51,702 nt of DNA from Ministeria vibrans ATCC 50519 (Eukaryota > Protista > Filasterea): the NCBI GenBank assembly GCA_943704425.1, contig CALSCP010001606.1:1-51702 (forward strand), written 5' to 3'. A program made the translations under genes and the position numbers. Shown here one piece after another: positions 1 to 11,475 of the stretch; within the stretch, counting starts at the first letter, position 1; each line of letters starts with the position of its first letter. Below the pieces are notes generated by a model, which worked only from the letters and a program-made list of their open reading frames with translations, searched no databases and was not told the DNA's origin.

Positions 1-38
1 GTTCGAGTCTGACAATTATATTTCTGTTTTGTTTGCAG

Positions 39-820
39 GTGCTGGAGGAACATCGGCGTACACGCACGCAGCTGCACTGATTGTGGGTGTGAGTCGGTAC
101 CAGTCGACAGGCAACCCGCAGTTGGCGAACTACCCTGATTTGCCCGGATCACTCAAGAGTGTGTCGAAACTCAAGACACTGTGGGAGGACCGCAAGTTTG
201 TTGTCGAGACGGTCACGGACGCCACATCGCTGGTCACCCTTGATGCGATCTCTCGGGGAGCGATCAAGCTGAGTCAGCAATGTGGCAAGTCCAAGGCGTC
301 GTTGCTGGTGGTTCACCTGATCGGACATGGCGCAGAGGATCGTGCTGGTGGTCTGCTTTTGAGTGGCGCTGAAGAGGTTTCGCAGGATCTTCTGTCGCGC
401 TTCAGCTTAAAGACTTTGGCGGCATTGCTCCAGGAGCAAGCACACTGGCGCGGATGCAACATTCTGGTGGTGTGTGACTTCTGCAATGCAGGGGCACTGG
501 TGAGTGCGGATGGGGACCTGACGATGCGCGCGAGTGTCAAGCCCGTGCCGGGCTATGCGCGACAGATGATGGCGAGCTCACTGAACAGCGCGTCGGCGTT
601 TGCGTGGAATGACGAGACGCAGATGACGCGGATGCTGGTGGAGGCACTCGGAGCGCAGAAGGCGTTCCGTCCTGGCGAGACGGTGATTAGTGCGGTGGAG
701 CTGTGTCGCCGGATGAAGAACAACTGGCAAGGGCTGCTTGTGGGGCGCATTTGGAGCGAGTGGGACGAAACGCGCAACGAAGGCGACATTCTGTTCTTTC
801 GCGATGGCAGTGGTGTGTAA
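39..820 (+). CDS. Last exon of a protein with a caspase-like (peptidase C14, metacaspase-type) domain; gene starts upstream of the window
   Basis: Acceptor ttgcag ends at 38. Motifs AALIVGVSRY..DLPG, LVVHLIGHG (catalytic His-Gly) and ILVVCDFCNAG (Asp-x-Cys) appear in C14 order. Stop at 818-820. Confidence 0.75.
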
Positions 821-1734
821 ACTGTATGTGAAGACATCATTAGTAATTGGAACACAAATCACAATAATTCTGCTCATGTATTTACTTCTCTTTCCTGTTG
901 ATTGGTATGGATCAAGTAGTCAGCTGCCCACAGGCCGGTCAGTATGAATGTTTCTCTCAGCGGTGTTTGTCTTCCAGAATTCAGAATGCATATTTTGGCT
1001 GTTGAGTAATATGGACTACCACAGTTTGTCTCTTCGACACTCCGACGGCATGTAGTGTACCGGTTAGTCGGTTATGATTAGTACCTTATCGTGTTTCTAC
1101 TGGGTCCGCTGGGTTCAAATTGCAACCAAATGATTTTAGAATTTGAGTCGCTCTATTTTCCAAAAATCCAAAATCCAAAATATTCTTCTTTGTGACTAGT
1201 TCTGCACCTTTTCTATTTGAAGATTTGTTTCCAAGGTACCAACCCTACCGCATTGCACGACACGCCTTTCCCCCCGCGTCCCCCGCCACTCTTACACCAT
1301 TCCACGTCAATCAGTGTCACAAGTTCGCTTTGTCGCTCTCTCGTCTTCCCTCGCGTCCCACGCACACTTCCACCGTATCCGACTCTCACAACACACGCAT
1401 GGTTCTCGAGCGCGCACCCTCCTTCTCGACACACTTCTCGCGAATGAGCCCACTTTGTGTTTCTGACTTATAGTATTTGTGGGGTTACTATCGTCGCACG
1501 TCCAAGTCGCAACGGCAGACCCATCCACGCCCACAGCCACTCTCTACACCTCTCCTCTGCACACCCGACACTTGCCAATGCCACTCCATCCACTCCATTT
1601 GCTTTTTACTTCCAAAGCGTCCTTTTTTTTTTTTTTTTTTTTTTTNNNNNNNNNNGTGCTCAAACTCAATTTGTTTCCCCTCACACCTGACAAAGAAAAC
1701 TGGACAACGACTGACCTGTGGCGTCTTTAGGACC

Positions 1735-3801
1735 ATGGACGGCTCAGCAATCTCAGCAGAGCCATTGCGTACGCGGCGCTCGCTGCCGCAGCAGTCAATC
1801 AACGTCGATTTGACGGGAAGTGGTGTTGTGACAACAGTGCAAACAACGGCGTTGTGTGCGAGCCCCACCTCACGAATGGGCAAAACGACGAGCTCGCCGG
1901 GGATCCAGGATGTCAAAATGCGCAGCCATCAGGCCATGGGGTCGCCCTCGGCCGCAACGGCGGCGGGGCGTGAGGCCTGGATGGATTCCAGTGACTCCGA
2001 CACCGACAACGACCACACATACCGCAACACGAGCAGCTCCAAGCGCTGTGCCGACACGGGCGCCTCGACTGGCACGCGTCGCAGACAACGCACACCATCG
2101 GGCTCGACACCCTATGCGTTTCGACCCGTCTCGTCGTCGCCCCGAGGCGGTGGGGGCGGCGGTTCGGCGGTATCGCCGCGCGACACGTCTTCCAACAGTG
2201 CCCTTGACAACTCGCTCACAAGCCTCAACTGGCTCGCAAGTCTCAGCATGGGCCCACCGCGCAAGCGCACTACCTCAACCACCTCGACCACGTCGGCCAC
2301 CGAAGTCCCTCTTGCGAGCCCACGCCAAACGTCCCTTGGCAGCACCACAACCACGACCACGACCACTTCTTCCACCATGCTCCATGATGGCAGCGACCCT
2401 CTGCGTACGTGCACCCTCTCCACCTCCTCGCTGGGTGAGCAAGAGATTGCCTCTGGCTCGGCCACGTCAATCGATCGCGACATCAGCATGCAAGTGCCAC
2501 TGATCCAACCGCTCGACGGCAACGACGAGCACAACTACATGAAAGCAGTGCGCCGTGTGTCGGTCTCGGCCGGCAGCACCATCAACCTCACTTCTGCTCC
2601 GACTACACCAACGTCAGCAACGTCGTCAACAACAACAACACGGCCTCGCATGTACGCGCGACGCAGCAGCACGACGAGTACAAGCACGCCGCGGACGGGC
2701 TCAGCCTTTACTGTGCCCACTTTAAGCAGTGTCGCCAAATACCGCACCAACCAGGCCATCAAGCCCCCGTATCCCATTACCACCCTCATTTGCATGGCTC
2801 TACACGACGCCAAAGAGCGCAGTGCCACAGCCGATCGCATTATTCATTGGATCGCCGAGACATTCCCCTACTTTACGCACACAACGGACCCTTCGTGGAT
2901 GACGGCCGTGCAGAACCAACTCCGCTCCAACCGCTGCTTTAGCATTGCCCGCGGTACCGTCGACCGGTGGACCATCGATGCAACCTTCAGTGACGTCTTT
3001 AGCGGCGATCCCTCGTACAACAGCGACCGGCGCAACTCCCCGACAGCTCACCTGCACGCCCGCAAGAACACGGACTCTCGCATGCGCTCCCCACGTCGCC
3101 GCTCCTCCTTCTCCACACAGCCACACACACACCAGCAACAACGCAAACTCAAACAGCAACACCTCATTCAACAACAACAGCAGCAACAACAGCAAATGCG
3201 GTCCATGGACAACCTCAGCGACGTGACCATGACCGAGTCTGAAGCCGCGCTCGTTCACGCGCACCGGCGCAGTCTGTCCTTCAGTGCCGCAGACAGCATT
3301 CCCGCTGCGCGCTTTGGTGATGGCACGTCAGCTGAGCCCCTCACGGACGATCTGTATTCCTACTACGCAATGACGCTGGGTGATTCATCGCAACAACAGA
3401 CACATCAGAGTAGCAGTGACGACGAGCCGTCTATCAGTGCCATTCCCGACATTGACTCACTTGTCGTCGAAGGAATTGCCATAGTCCCTCCGGCGCTACT
3501 CGACGACTCCTCTGCCTGGCAAGACGTCCTCGCGTCCTCCCTCCAACAGCACTGCAACGACGACGGTAGCTTACTCAATGCGTCTCTTGAAGCAATCAAA
3601 TCCGATCTCCAATCCAACAATAACACGAGCAATGACACGAGCAATGACACTCTTTTTCCGTCCTCGACTGACCCATATTTGGAACATGACTCTGACTCAA
3701 CCACCGCCACAAATTTCCTTTCGCCCGACAGTCTTCTTGATGACACGGCCATGGTTGATCCTTCTTCGTCAACGGACGTTCTTATGAGCGCCCTAATGTA
3801 A
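1735..3801 (+). CDS. Forkhead transcription factor, FoxJ1/FoxN-like
   Basis: Forkhead domain at ~2761-2970 (KPPYPITTLICMAL...IIHWIAETFPYF...W...NRCF). Upstream LDNSLTSLNWL resembles the FoxJ1 LDDSLTSLQWL motif. S/T- and Q-rich flanks and an acidic tail. ATG at 1735 follows a likely acceptor (tttag). Confidence 0.85.
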   Translation: MDGSAISAEPLRTRRSLPQQSINVDLTGSGVVTTVQTTALCASPTSRMGKTTSSPGIQDVKMRSHQAMGSPSAATAAGREAWMDSSDSDTDNDHTYRNTSSSKRCADTGASTGTRRRQRTPSGSTPYAFRPVSSSPRGGGGGGSAVSPRDTSSNSALDNSLTSLNWLASLSMGPPRKRTTSTTSTTSATEVPLASPRQTSLGSTTTTTTTTSSTMLHDGSDPLRTCTLSTSSLGEQEIASGSATSIDRDISMQVPLIQPLDGNDEHNYMKAVRRVSVSAGSTINLTSAPTTPTSATSSTTTTRPRMYARRSSTTSTSTPRTGSAFTVPTLSSVAKYRTNQAIKPPYPITTLICMALHDAKERSATADRIIHWIAETFPYFTHTTDPSWMTAVQNQLRSNRCFSIARGTVDRWTIDATFSDVFSGDPSYNSDRRNSPTAHLHARKNTDSRMRSPRRRSSFSTQPHTHQQQRKLKQQHLIQQQQQQQQQMRSMDNLSDVTMTESEAALVHAHRRSLSFSAADSIPAARFGDGTSAEPLTDDLYSYYAMTLGDSSQQQTHQSSSDDEPSISAIPDIDSLVVEGIAIVPPALLDDSSAWQDVLASSLQQHCNDDGSLLNASLEAIKSDLQSNNNTSNDTSNDTLFPSSTDPYLEHDSDSTTATNFLSPDSLLDDTAMVDPSSSTDVLMSALM

Positions 3802-4111
3802 TAATTCAATTTTCCACTACAATCAATAATAAAAAAATTAATAATATTAATTTTAATAATAATAATAAACATACCATTTTATTTTATTAACACAACGAGT
3901 TTCAGAAAACTTAGCGTATTACTTTCAATTTATTATAATTATTCGAAAACTTACAAAATTTATCTTAATGCGTCTCACTCACGTTTTTTTTTGTAAAAAT
4001 AATCGAAAACCAATTCTTTAAAAGGCTCACTTGGTAAATCAGTCAATCATCTTAATGCTTTTGCATTAACACACACACACACACAAAATGGCTTTCAACT
4101 GCACATTTCTC

Positions 4112-4745
4112 TCAAGGAGTGACACGAGACGGGTCACGAGGGAAGAGAGAAGTCTTGCGGATGTTATTGAGCCCCAAGTAGAGCATAACAACACGCTCCA
4201 TGCCGACACCGCCGCCGCCGTGCGGGGGCGCACCGTGCTTGAAAGCATCAACGTACCCCTGGATGGTCGGGATGGCAATGTCGTGCTCCCCTGCGCGCTC
4301 CACAAGGTACTCTGCGTCGTGGACACGCTGTGCGCCCGAAAGGATCTCTTCGCCACGCATAAACAAATCGTACGAGTTGCTGTAGCCCGGCATGTCCGCG
4401 TCAGGCATCGTGTAGAACGGACGAATGGCAAGAGGGAACTTGTCGAGCATGTAGAAGTCGGTGCCGTACTTCTTCTTCACGAGGGTTCCCAGGAACTTCT
4501 CGTTGGCCGTCGTCAAGTCATCAAACTCGCCCATTTCCACTCCAGCCTCACGCAACATTGCAACTGCATCGGGAAACGTCAGGCGCAGACTCGGCTCAAG
4601 AAACTGGAAGGGTTCAGCGGGAAACTGACGCGAGACAGTGTTGATTTCAGTGTCAAACTGGTCGCGAAGACCCTTGAAAATCGACACGAACATCTGATCA
4701 AGCATGTCGAGGACCTACAACAAGTGGTGGAGAGATAGAGTGAGT

Positions 4746-4842
<97 letters not shown>

Positions 4843-6148
4843 AAGAAACAAAGTGATAGAGAGAGAGGAGAAAGAAACAAAGTGATAAGAGAGAGAGAGG
4901 AGAAAGAAACAAAGTGATAGAGAGAAACACAGTGATAGTGAGAAAGAGGGAGAAAGTAACAAAGTGATAGAGAGAGAGAGAAAGTAACACAGTGATAGTG
5001 AGAAAGAGGGAGAAAGAAACAAAGTGATAGAGAGAGAAAAACACAGTGATAGTGAGAAAGAGGGAGAAAGAAACAAAGTGATAGAGAGAGAAAAACACAG
5101 TGATAGTGAGAAAGAGGGAGAAAGTAACAAAGTGATAGAGAGAGAGAAAGAAAGAAAGAGAGATGGGATATTGATTGAGCAAGACGTAATAACACAAAAA
5201 TGACTATGACAGCGATTGAGAGTGAATGCGCGAGTATGTGCAAGTGACTCTTCGCTTACTTCATGATAGTGCTCGGAAATAACCATTTCCATATCAAGAC
5301 CGACAAACTCAGTGAGATGGCGATGGGTATTGCTGTCCTCCGCGCGAAACACTGTGCATCGCCCAAACAAGACAGTGAGTAAGTGGAAAGAAAATCAACC
5401 GAGAGTAAAACTTATATGGAAGTGAAAAGAAAAATCCATTAAAATTGAATCAATTAGAAATGACAAGAATGATACAAAACATTAATATTATTATTGGAAA
5501 TGACGTATGGAAAAAATGAAACTTACCGGGACCCACTTCAAAAACGCGCTCCATATCGCCACAAATGGCCATCTGCTTGTACAGCTGAGGACTCTGCGCC
5601 AGATACGCACTCGCTACACCAACAAAAACGTGATGATGAGATTAGTAGGGGAAACGGGTTGTTGGTGGCTGTGACGACGATGTTACATTTGAAGTAGGAC
5701 ACTTTGAAAACGTTTGCACCGCCTTCGGACGCAGCGGGAATGATTTTCGGGGAATGGATCTCAGTGAAGTTCTGAGAGAGAAGGAAGTTGCGGAAGAACA
5801 TACAGACACCAGATTGGATGCGAAAGATGGCCTACGAGAATGAACATTAGGGTTAGGGTTTTGGGTTGAAGTGTTTCACGAGTTCTTACCTGGCTTGTTG
5901 TTGTTCTGAGGTCAATGATGCGGTTGTCGAGTCGCGTGTCCTGGCCCACCGAAGGAAGACCCTCCTTGGCAAGCTCGTCGGCCGAACGACTGGCATCGTC
6001 GATCTGGAAGGGGAGTGTCGTGGCGGCGCGACTGACACAGTGCAGTTGGCTCACGTGCAGTTCCACAGTGGATTGAGTGCACGATTGGATAGGCGTGTCC
6101 ACTTTCATCACTGTCCCAAGCACATTCACAATGGACTCTTTGGGAAGG

Positions 6149-6189
<41 letters not shown>

Positions 6190-7162
6190 AGAATGTATCG
6201 GAAACACTCAATCAGTGTGATGGGAAGTTTGTACCTTCCGGCAAACTTGACAAAGTGTTTGCTGATTTTGTCGTTGACAAAAGCAAGACCTTGAAGGGTG
6301 AACTGCTGCTGACGGAAGACAAGGAAGCATTGCTTGCCGGTCGAGCGAGATGTGTGGATTCGAACGCGAATCAGAACCTGTTCAATTTTTTGAGACGCAC
6401 AGTGAGTTTGAGTTGACGTGCAAGTCTGCTGTTTTCGTCTGTACCTCTTGACCAACGAGGGACTCGGTCACTTGCTCAACGCGAGTGTACGTGCGGCCAG
6501 GACGATCGCGGCTTTGCATCATGGGAAGCATGCCGTAGAGACCCTCGGAGTAGTCCTGTGGGTGTGACAAGGAACAGTGTCATGACGAATGATGCGATGA
6601 TGAAATGAGAGATGTGCAAAAGGAGAGCTGTGCGGCGGGCGCGGCGGGGCGGGGAGGGGCCTCGCCCAATGGCAGGCAGGCAGCGGGTGCGGGAGGGCGT
6701 GGATGCGTTGGGAATGGCGCGATATTGCGTCAGTGCGGCGTGAGTGAGCATCAATGCGCAAATCCGCCAACAACTCTTCACTGGCGTCCGTTGCAGTGTC
6801 ATTACCGGTCCCATGGCCGCAGCCTCTTCAGCAACCTGCAGAGTAGAGACAAAATAGGAGATCAGGCGGTCTCAGAATGTCGTAATAAGGTTATTTGGAT
6901 TTGTCATGCTGAGTTTCTTTTTTTTTTTTTTTTTTTTTTTTTTGACTTACGCGTTTGGCTTCAGCCGCAGCCTTGAGCGCCGCCTTCTCGCGCTCCTTCT
7001 CGAGCTTCTTCAGAGCCTTCTTGCTCAGGGGAAGACCGTCGTCGCTGAGTTACGAGATTGGAAAACTGATCAGCAGACGAACTTTTCGACTGAGGAGTAT
7101 ACATACCCCAGAACGGGCGCAGGAGCAGCGGTGGTAGCAGTGTTACTGGAGGGTTCCGACAT
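4112..7162 (-). CDS. DARS1: Cytosolic aspartyl-tRNA synthetase (multi-exon)
   Basis: Exons encode [61 protein letters not shown] and [16 protein letters not shown]. Start MSEPSS at 7162. Confidence 0.96.
4750..5150. repeat. Intronic (GA)n microsatellite grading into a ~28-bp minisatellite
   Basis: Pure GA run to ~4838, then about 11 copies of GAGAAAG(A/T)AACA(A/C)AGTGATAG, partly as an alternating ~56-60-bp dimer. Confidence 0.9.
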
Positions 7163-7326
7163 CGAAAGATAAAAAAAAGTGAAAAATAAAATTCGATAAT
7201 CGATCGATCTTAGAAATAATTATTGCCTTTCAGAGAATGACTTCAACCGCACGGGAAACACTTCTTCAATTGCTGAATTGTATTGCAATTTGCAGCCTCC
7301 ATTAACTCGTCGGTTGCGCAGCTGTT

Positions 7327-7339
7327 TGACGTGACGTCA
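7327..7339. promoter_or_regulatory. CRE/ATF-type bZIP site (TGACG + TGACGTCA) upstream of AspRS
   Basis: Perfect palindrome TGACGTCA at 7332-7339 with an adjacent half-site, ~170 bp from the DARS1 ATG. Confidence 0.4.
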
Positions 7340-7511
7340 TTTGTGATGAAAAAAATGCATAAAAGTGAATTATTATAACAATAATAACATTATAAATTAA
7401 TATTAGGTTTATTATTATTATTATTGTTAAATTGGCCGACCGAATAAACACGTAGACAGCCAGTAAAAATAAAAAAAACGAATTTATTATTATGATTATG
7501 TGTTCACTGTT

Positions 7512-8967
7512 TTATTTCTTCTCCTTTGAGTCCTTTTCCGGTTCTTCAGGAGTTTTCTGACTTTCCTCCAAATCCAAGTCGGACCGTTCCACTCCCAAAA
7601 ACTCCAGAGCAGTTTTAAAGAGAATCTGCTCCTTATCCTCACTCGACAACTCACTGTGCTTCTAATAAAAAGAAAACGAGACAAAGAGAGTGTAAGAGAC
7701 ATTTTTTTGAGACTGAGTGACGCTTTTGTGGCACTGCAAGTGATTTTTATGCGCGTGTGTGTTTACCTCGACAAGTTTTCCAGGGTAAGTCCAGGGAGGT
7801 TGTTCGCCCAAGGGAAAGGGATAGTCACTGCCCAGCATCACTCGATTGGAGCCTGAAAAGAGGGAACCCAAGAGTGCGTGAAGAAGAGAAAGTGAGAAAG
7901 ACAGTGCCGTGAGAGAATGATAATCAACGTCAGATTTCAGATTTCAGAAGATAATTATTTAGATTACCAAACAGTTTGACAAGGTACTTGAGCATATCGT
8001 CATCATGAACAAGAGAATCAACGTAGAAACGACCGCAGTAGGAACGAGGAGAGTTAGGATTGTCAACCTATGGAAAAGAGAGAATTCGATTGCAGTAGAG
8101 TTAGGGTTAGGGTATTTTTTGTGTGTGTACGTACTGCACACAAGTCGGGTCGGCACACGTGTCCATGTTCCACTCGTCCAATTGTCGCTGGAAATGATCC
8201 TCCGCCATGTGCAAACGCAACTGACAACCACAATCAATATCAGCTTCTCTACCTTTCTCTATCTTATTTTGCACCTTTCAAGTTTGGGTACTTATCAAAG
8301 ATACCCCCAAAAATCATGGAGCAAATGGCTCGACTGGACTCAGCGGGCATTCCCACAAGCCACGGAAGCCAATACTACACACAAACAATCCCACTAAATT
8401 TCTCTCTCACTCTCTCACTCACTGCACTTTATACCTTTTCCATATCTCCTTTTCCCATCATGTCCCAAGGATGGACAAAAATAGATGCACCCAGTCTCTC
8501 AGCAGTCTAATAAAACCACACACAGTTCACATAAGGTTGATCCATCTCACAAATTTTTTTTCTACCTCGTAAATCGGGTGAAGTTGTTCGTCATTGAGAT
8601 TCCACGCGTTGATGTGTGTTCCAATCTGTACTCCTGCAAATCCCAGTTCCAATACACATCGCTCCAACTCCTGAAAGCCAAAAAGACAAAAAAAAAACAA
8701 AAACGAAAGAACACAGTTCAATATTATTTTGATTTGCAATGCACAAAACAAACCAGTTGTGTGGTGTACCTTGACCGCCAACTCTGGTGCTTGCATGGGC
8801 AGCGTGCCGAGTCCAATGAACTTGCGGGGGTTCTTACGCACCGTCTCAGCCAGGTCATCGTTGAGAAACCGCGCCACCTCGGCGCCGTGCTCCGGCTGGG
8901 CCCAGTACGAGAACATGACTGGCACAGTGGACAAGACCTAAGCAAAGAAGGCCGTTTCATCTCTCTC

Positions 8968-9001
<34 letters not shown>

Positions 9002-9359
9002 ACACACACCAAATACACACACAAAAACACACCACCACCACCACCACGACTCCCCCGTGCATGTGGCTACCTGCACGTTGACCTCCGTGGCGTCCATGTC
9101 GGCTGTGCGTGCGTCGCAGCAGTAACAGTTCTTGGCGACTTTGCGGAAGAACCGCCCGTCAATGAACATGTCTGTCTCGTCCGGGCCGTTGTGTACAAGC
9201 TGCACAAACCCACCGTAGCTAGGCGCAAGTCGAATGAAGACGCCGTTTCAATGAAAATGAGGAAAACTGAAATGTGTGCAAAACTCACCCGAAACGTTCA
9301 GCAAAGTTTGGAATGTTCCTTGGCAAAATATGCGTGTGTAGATCAATCTTAGGCGGCAT
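7512..9359 (-). CDS. ACMSD: 2-amino-3-carboxymuconate-6-semialdehyde decarboxylase (amidohydrolase family, multi-exon)
   Basis: MPPKIDLHTHILP (HxH), STVPVMFSYWA, LGTLPMQAPELAV, VHPWDM, WLVGMPAE, AHGGGSFP, LGSDYPFPLGE. Confidence 0.93.
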
Positions 9360-9866
9360 CGTATGTACGCGTGTGTGTGTGTGTGTGAAAGAGAGAGAGA
9401 GGCAGAGAATCGATTGACGACAAATGATCTGTCACCAAAAAACTGAAACAACTAATGATAATCAACCCATTAGTAAATAGTACCAATTTGAAGGGCCTCT
9501 TTTTTTCTCTTTCCTTAAGGTAACAGATATGTCAACACTCGCACTCGGACGTTCCGCATCCGGAAATATAAAAAGCGTCTCGCTCGTCATTGCAACATAA
9601 TATAATAATATATTGATCGACTCTGAATGGGAATCCACGTGGAAGACCCTTGCGCGCCCGACAAGCCTCCCACACGCCCTCCCGCACTGCCACGCCTCCT
9701 CTATGCACACCATCTGGCTAGTTTCTGAAGAATCACGCCGCCATTCGCCCGTTCTACTGCGCAATTGGCGTCGGAACCCAAAAAAAAAAAAATTCGTTCT
9801 CATCTCACAGTCACTCACTCATCGCTCTCCTGCTGCTCCTGCCACAGACATCTCCCTAGACCCATT

Positions 9867-10738
9867 ATGATTATCTACAAGGACATCATCTCCGGTGAGA
9901 ACACACCTTATTCTGTCCGTTTGAGACTCATTTCGTTTCCCCCCTCTTTTTTTTTTTTTTTTTTTTTTCGTGTGCGCTCGTTCAGGCGACGAGGTTGGCT
10001 CGGACAGCTTCCCGCACGTGGAGGTCGACGACGTCGTCATTGGTATGGTGCTGTTGGGAAGCGCTTGAGTCTGCCCTGCTTATGTTCCGTCTGGTGTGTG
10101 TGTGTGTGTGTGTGATTTTGTGTAGAGCTGACTGCCAAGAAGATTTCCGTCTCCAACGACATTGACGAGTCTCTGTTGGGCGCCAACGCTTCCGCCGAGG
10201 AGGCCGCCGAGGGAACAGAGTCGGCTGCCCTCACAGACTTTGACGTTGTCATCTCTCATCAGCTCCAGCGAACGTCGTTCGACAAGAAGTCGTACATGGT
10301 AATGCAATAACATGACACAGAGAGGATTTCTGTTCTGATCCTCAACGCGTCGTTGGTTAGGCGTACATCAAGGGCTTCATGAAGACAATCAAGGAGCGTC
10401 TTGAGAAGGAGAACCCCGACCGTGTCAAGGTTTTCACCGAGAAGATGCCGCCGAGTACGGAAATGCCTCTCTAGCATGTGAGTTTCTCACCACTGTCATC
10501 TTTTGCAGTCATCAAGAAGCTCCTGGGCAAGTTTGACGAGCTCGAGTTCTTCACCGGAGCATCGCAAAACTTTGAGGGTCTGGTACTCATCTGCGACTGG
10601 CGCGAGGATGGCGTAAGACACACTCTTTCTACTTGCACATTTCCCCTTTGGGCTTGTTGACTCACATCTCCCGTCTCTGTTTAGGTGACCCCTTACTTCA
10701 TTCTGTTCAAGGATGCCCTTAAGCAGGAGAAGTGCTAG
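9867..10738 (+). CDS. TPT1: Translationally controlled tumour protein (multi-exon)
   Basis: Spliced product MIIYKDIISGDEVGSDSF...LLGANASAEE...FDKKSYMAYIKGFMK...EFFTG...TPYFILFKDALKQEKC, with GT-AG introns. Confidence 0.96.
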
Positions 10739-11366
10739 CTCACTGCCACAAATACACACACTCAACCTAAAGTCACAGAATATCTCGTCCTGTCGAATTG
10801 CGTCTTTCTCTTTCTATTTCTTTTGCATCTCTCTTATTTTTCAGTCATCTACACTCCACCTATCAAAGCGGACCATCTCGAAGCCCTTGATGGTCCGTAC
10901 ACACAATCGAGCTTGTTTTTTATATCAATTTATCCTTGAATAAATTGGAAATGTCTCTTCTCTTTCTTTCTATCTATCCTCAAACCAAACATTCTCGAAA
11001 GGCAAAGCTACCCTGCAAACAATGCAATATTTTATACTACAAACCAAAACAAATGAAACAAAACCAAAACGGCAATAACTCCAACATCGCACCTTACCCT
11101 CAAATCAAAGGAATCTAAATCTCCCTTCTCTCTCTTGTCTTTGCTCTTTCCTAAGTTCTCTTGCCCAGATCACCTCAACATGACAACATCACATATCAGT
11201 GGACAGTGATATCACCTTCGTTTTCTTTCTGATCAACCCCAATCCAACTTGCAAATTCCTTTCCTGTGAGACTTGCGGTCAAAACATAAAAACAAAGATC
11301 TCAGTATAAGATATCTCTGACTCTGAGTATGTAACTTTTTTTCTTGTGCAGAGCGTCTTTCTCTCC

Positions 11367-11442
11367 ATGCAGCGGTCCTCTTTGTACACGCTGGCGACTG
11401 TGCTGGTGGCTCTGTCGCTTCCCTTCGAGGGTATTCAGCACT

Positions 11443-11475
<33 letters not shown>

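Noticed and set aside
1046-1125. tRNA-like A-box (TAGTGTACCGG) and B-box (GGTTCAAAT)
   Set aside because: No acceptor, D- or T-stem pairing could be built.
1227-1240. RFX X-box-like sequences (GTTTCCAAGGTACC; also ~48347-48362 and ~33261)
   Set aside because: Each mismatches the RGYAAC half-site, and the IFT27 one is simply a splice donor. Too weak to call.
4088-4738. Long antisense ORFs over real genes (also 14092-15117, 17359-18114, 28408-29232, 50036-50794)
   Set aside because: Shadow ORFs of GC-rich coding strands with no recognisable motifs.
4838-5150. Possible CRISPR-like array
   Set aside because: Units are directly tandem with no unique spacers, inside a eukaryotic intron, and there are no cas genes.
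4579-5370. Hydrophobic SLSL-rich ORFs
   Set aside because: Translations of intronic GA/CT repeats.
5847-5858. TTAGGGTTAGGG telomere-like doublets (also 8101-8112)
   Set aside because: On the coding minus strand they read CCCTAAC shortly before 3' splice sites, consistent with branch points. Only two units each.
6729-6782. Box C/D-like GTGAAGA...CTGA in an AspRS intron
   Set aside because: Only ~52 nt, no terminal stem, and no rRNA-complementary guide recognised.
9560-9643. CCGGAA, TATAAA and CACGTG words between ACMSD and TCTP
   Set aside because: Short motifs expected by chance; no TSS data to support them.
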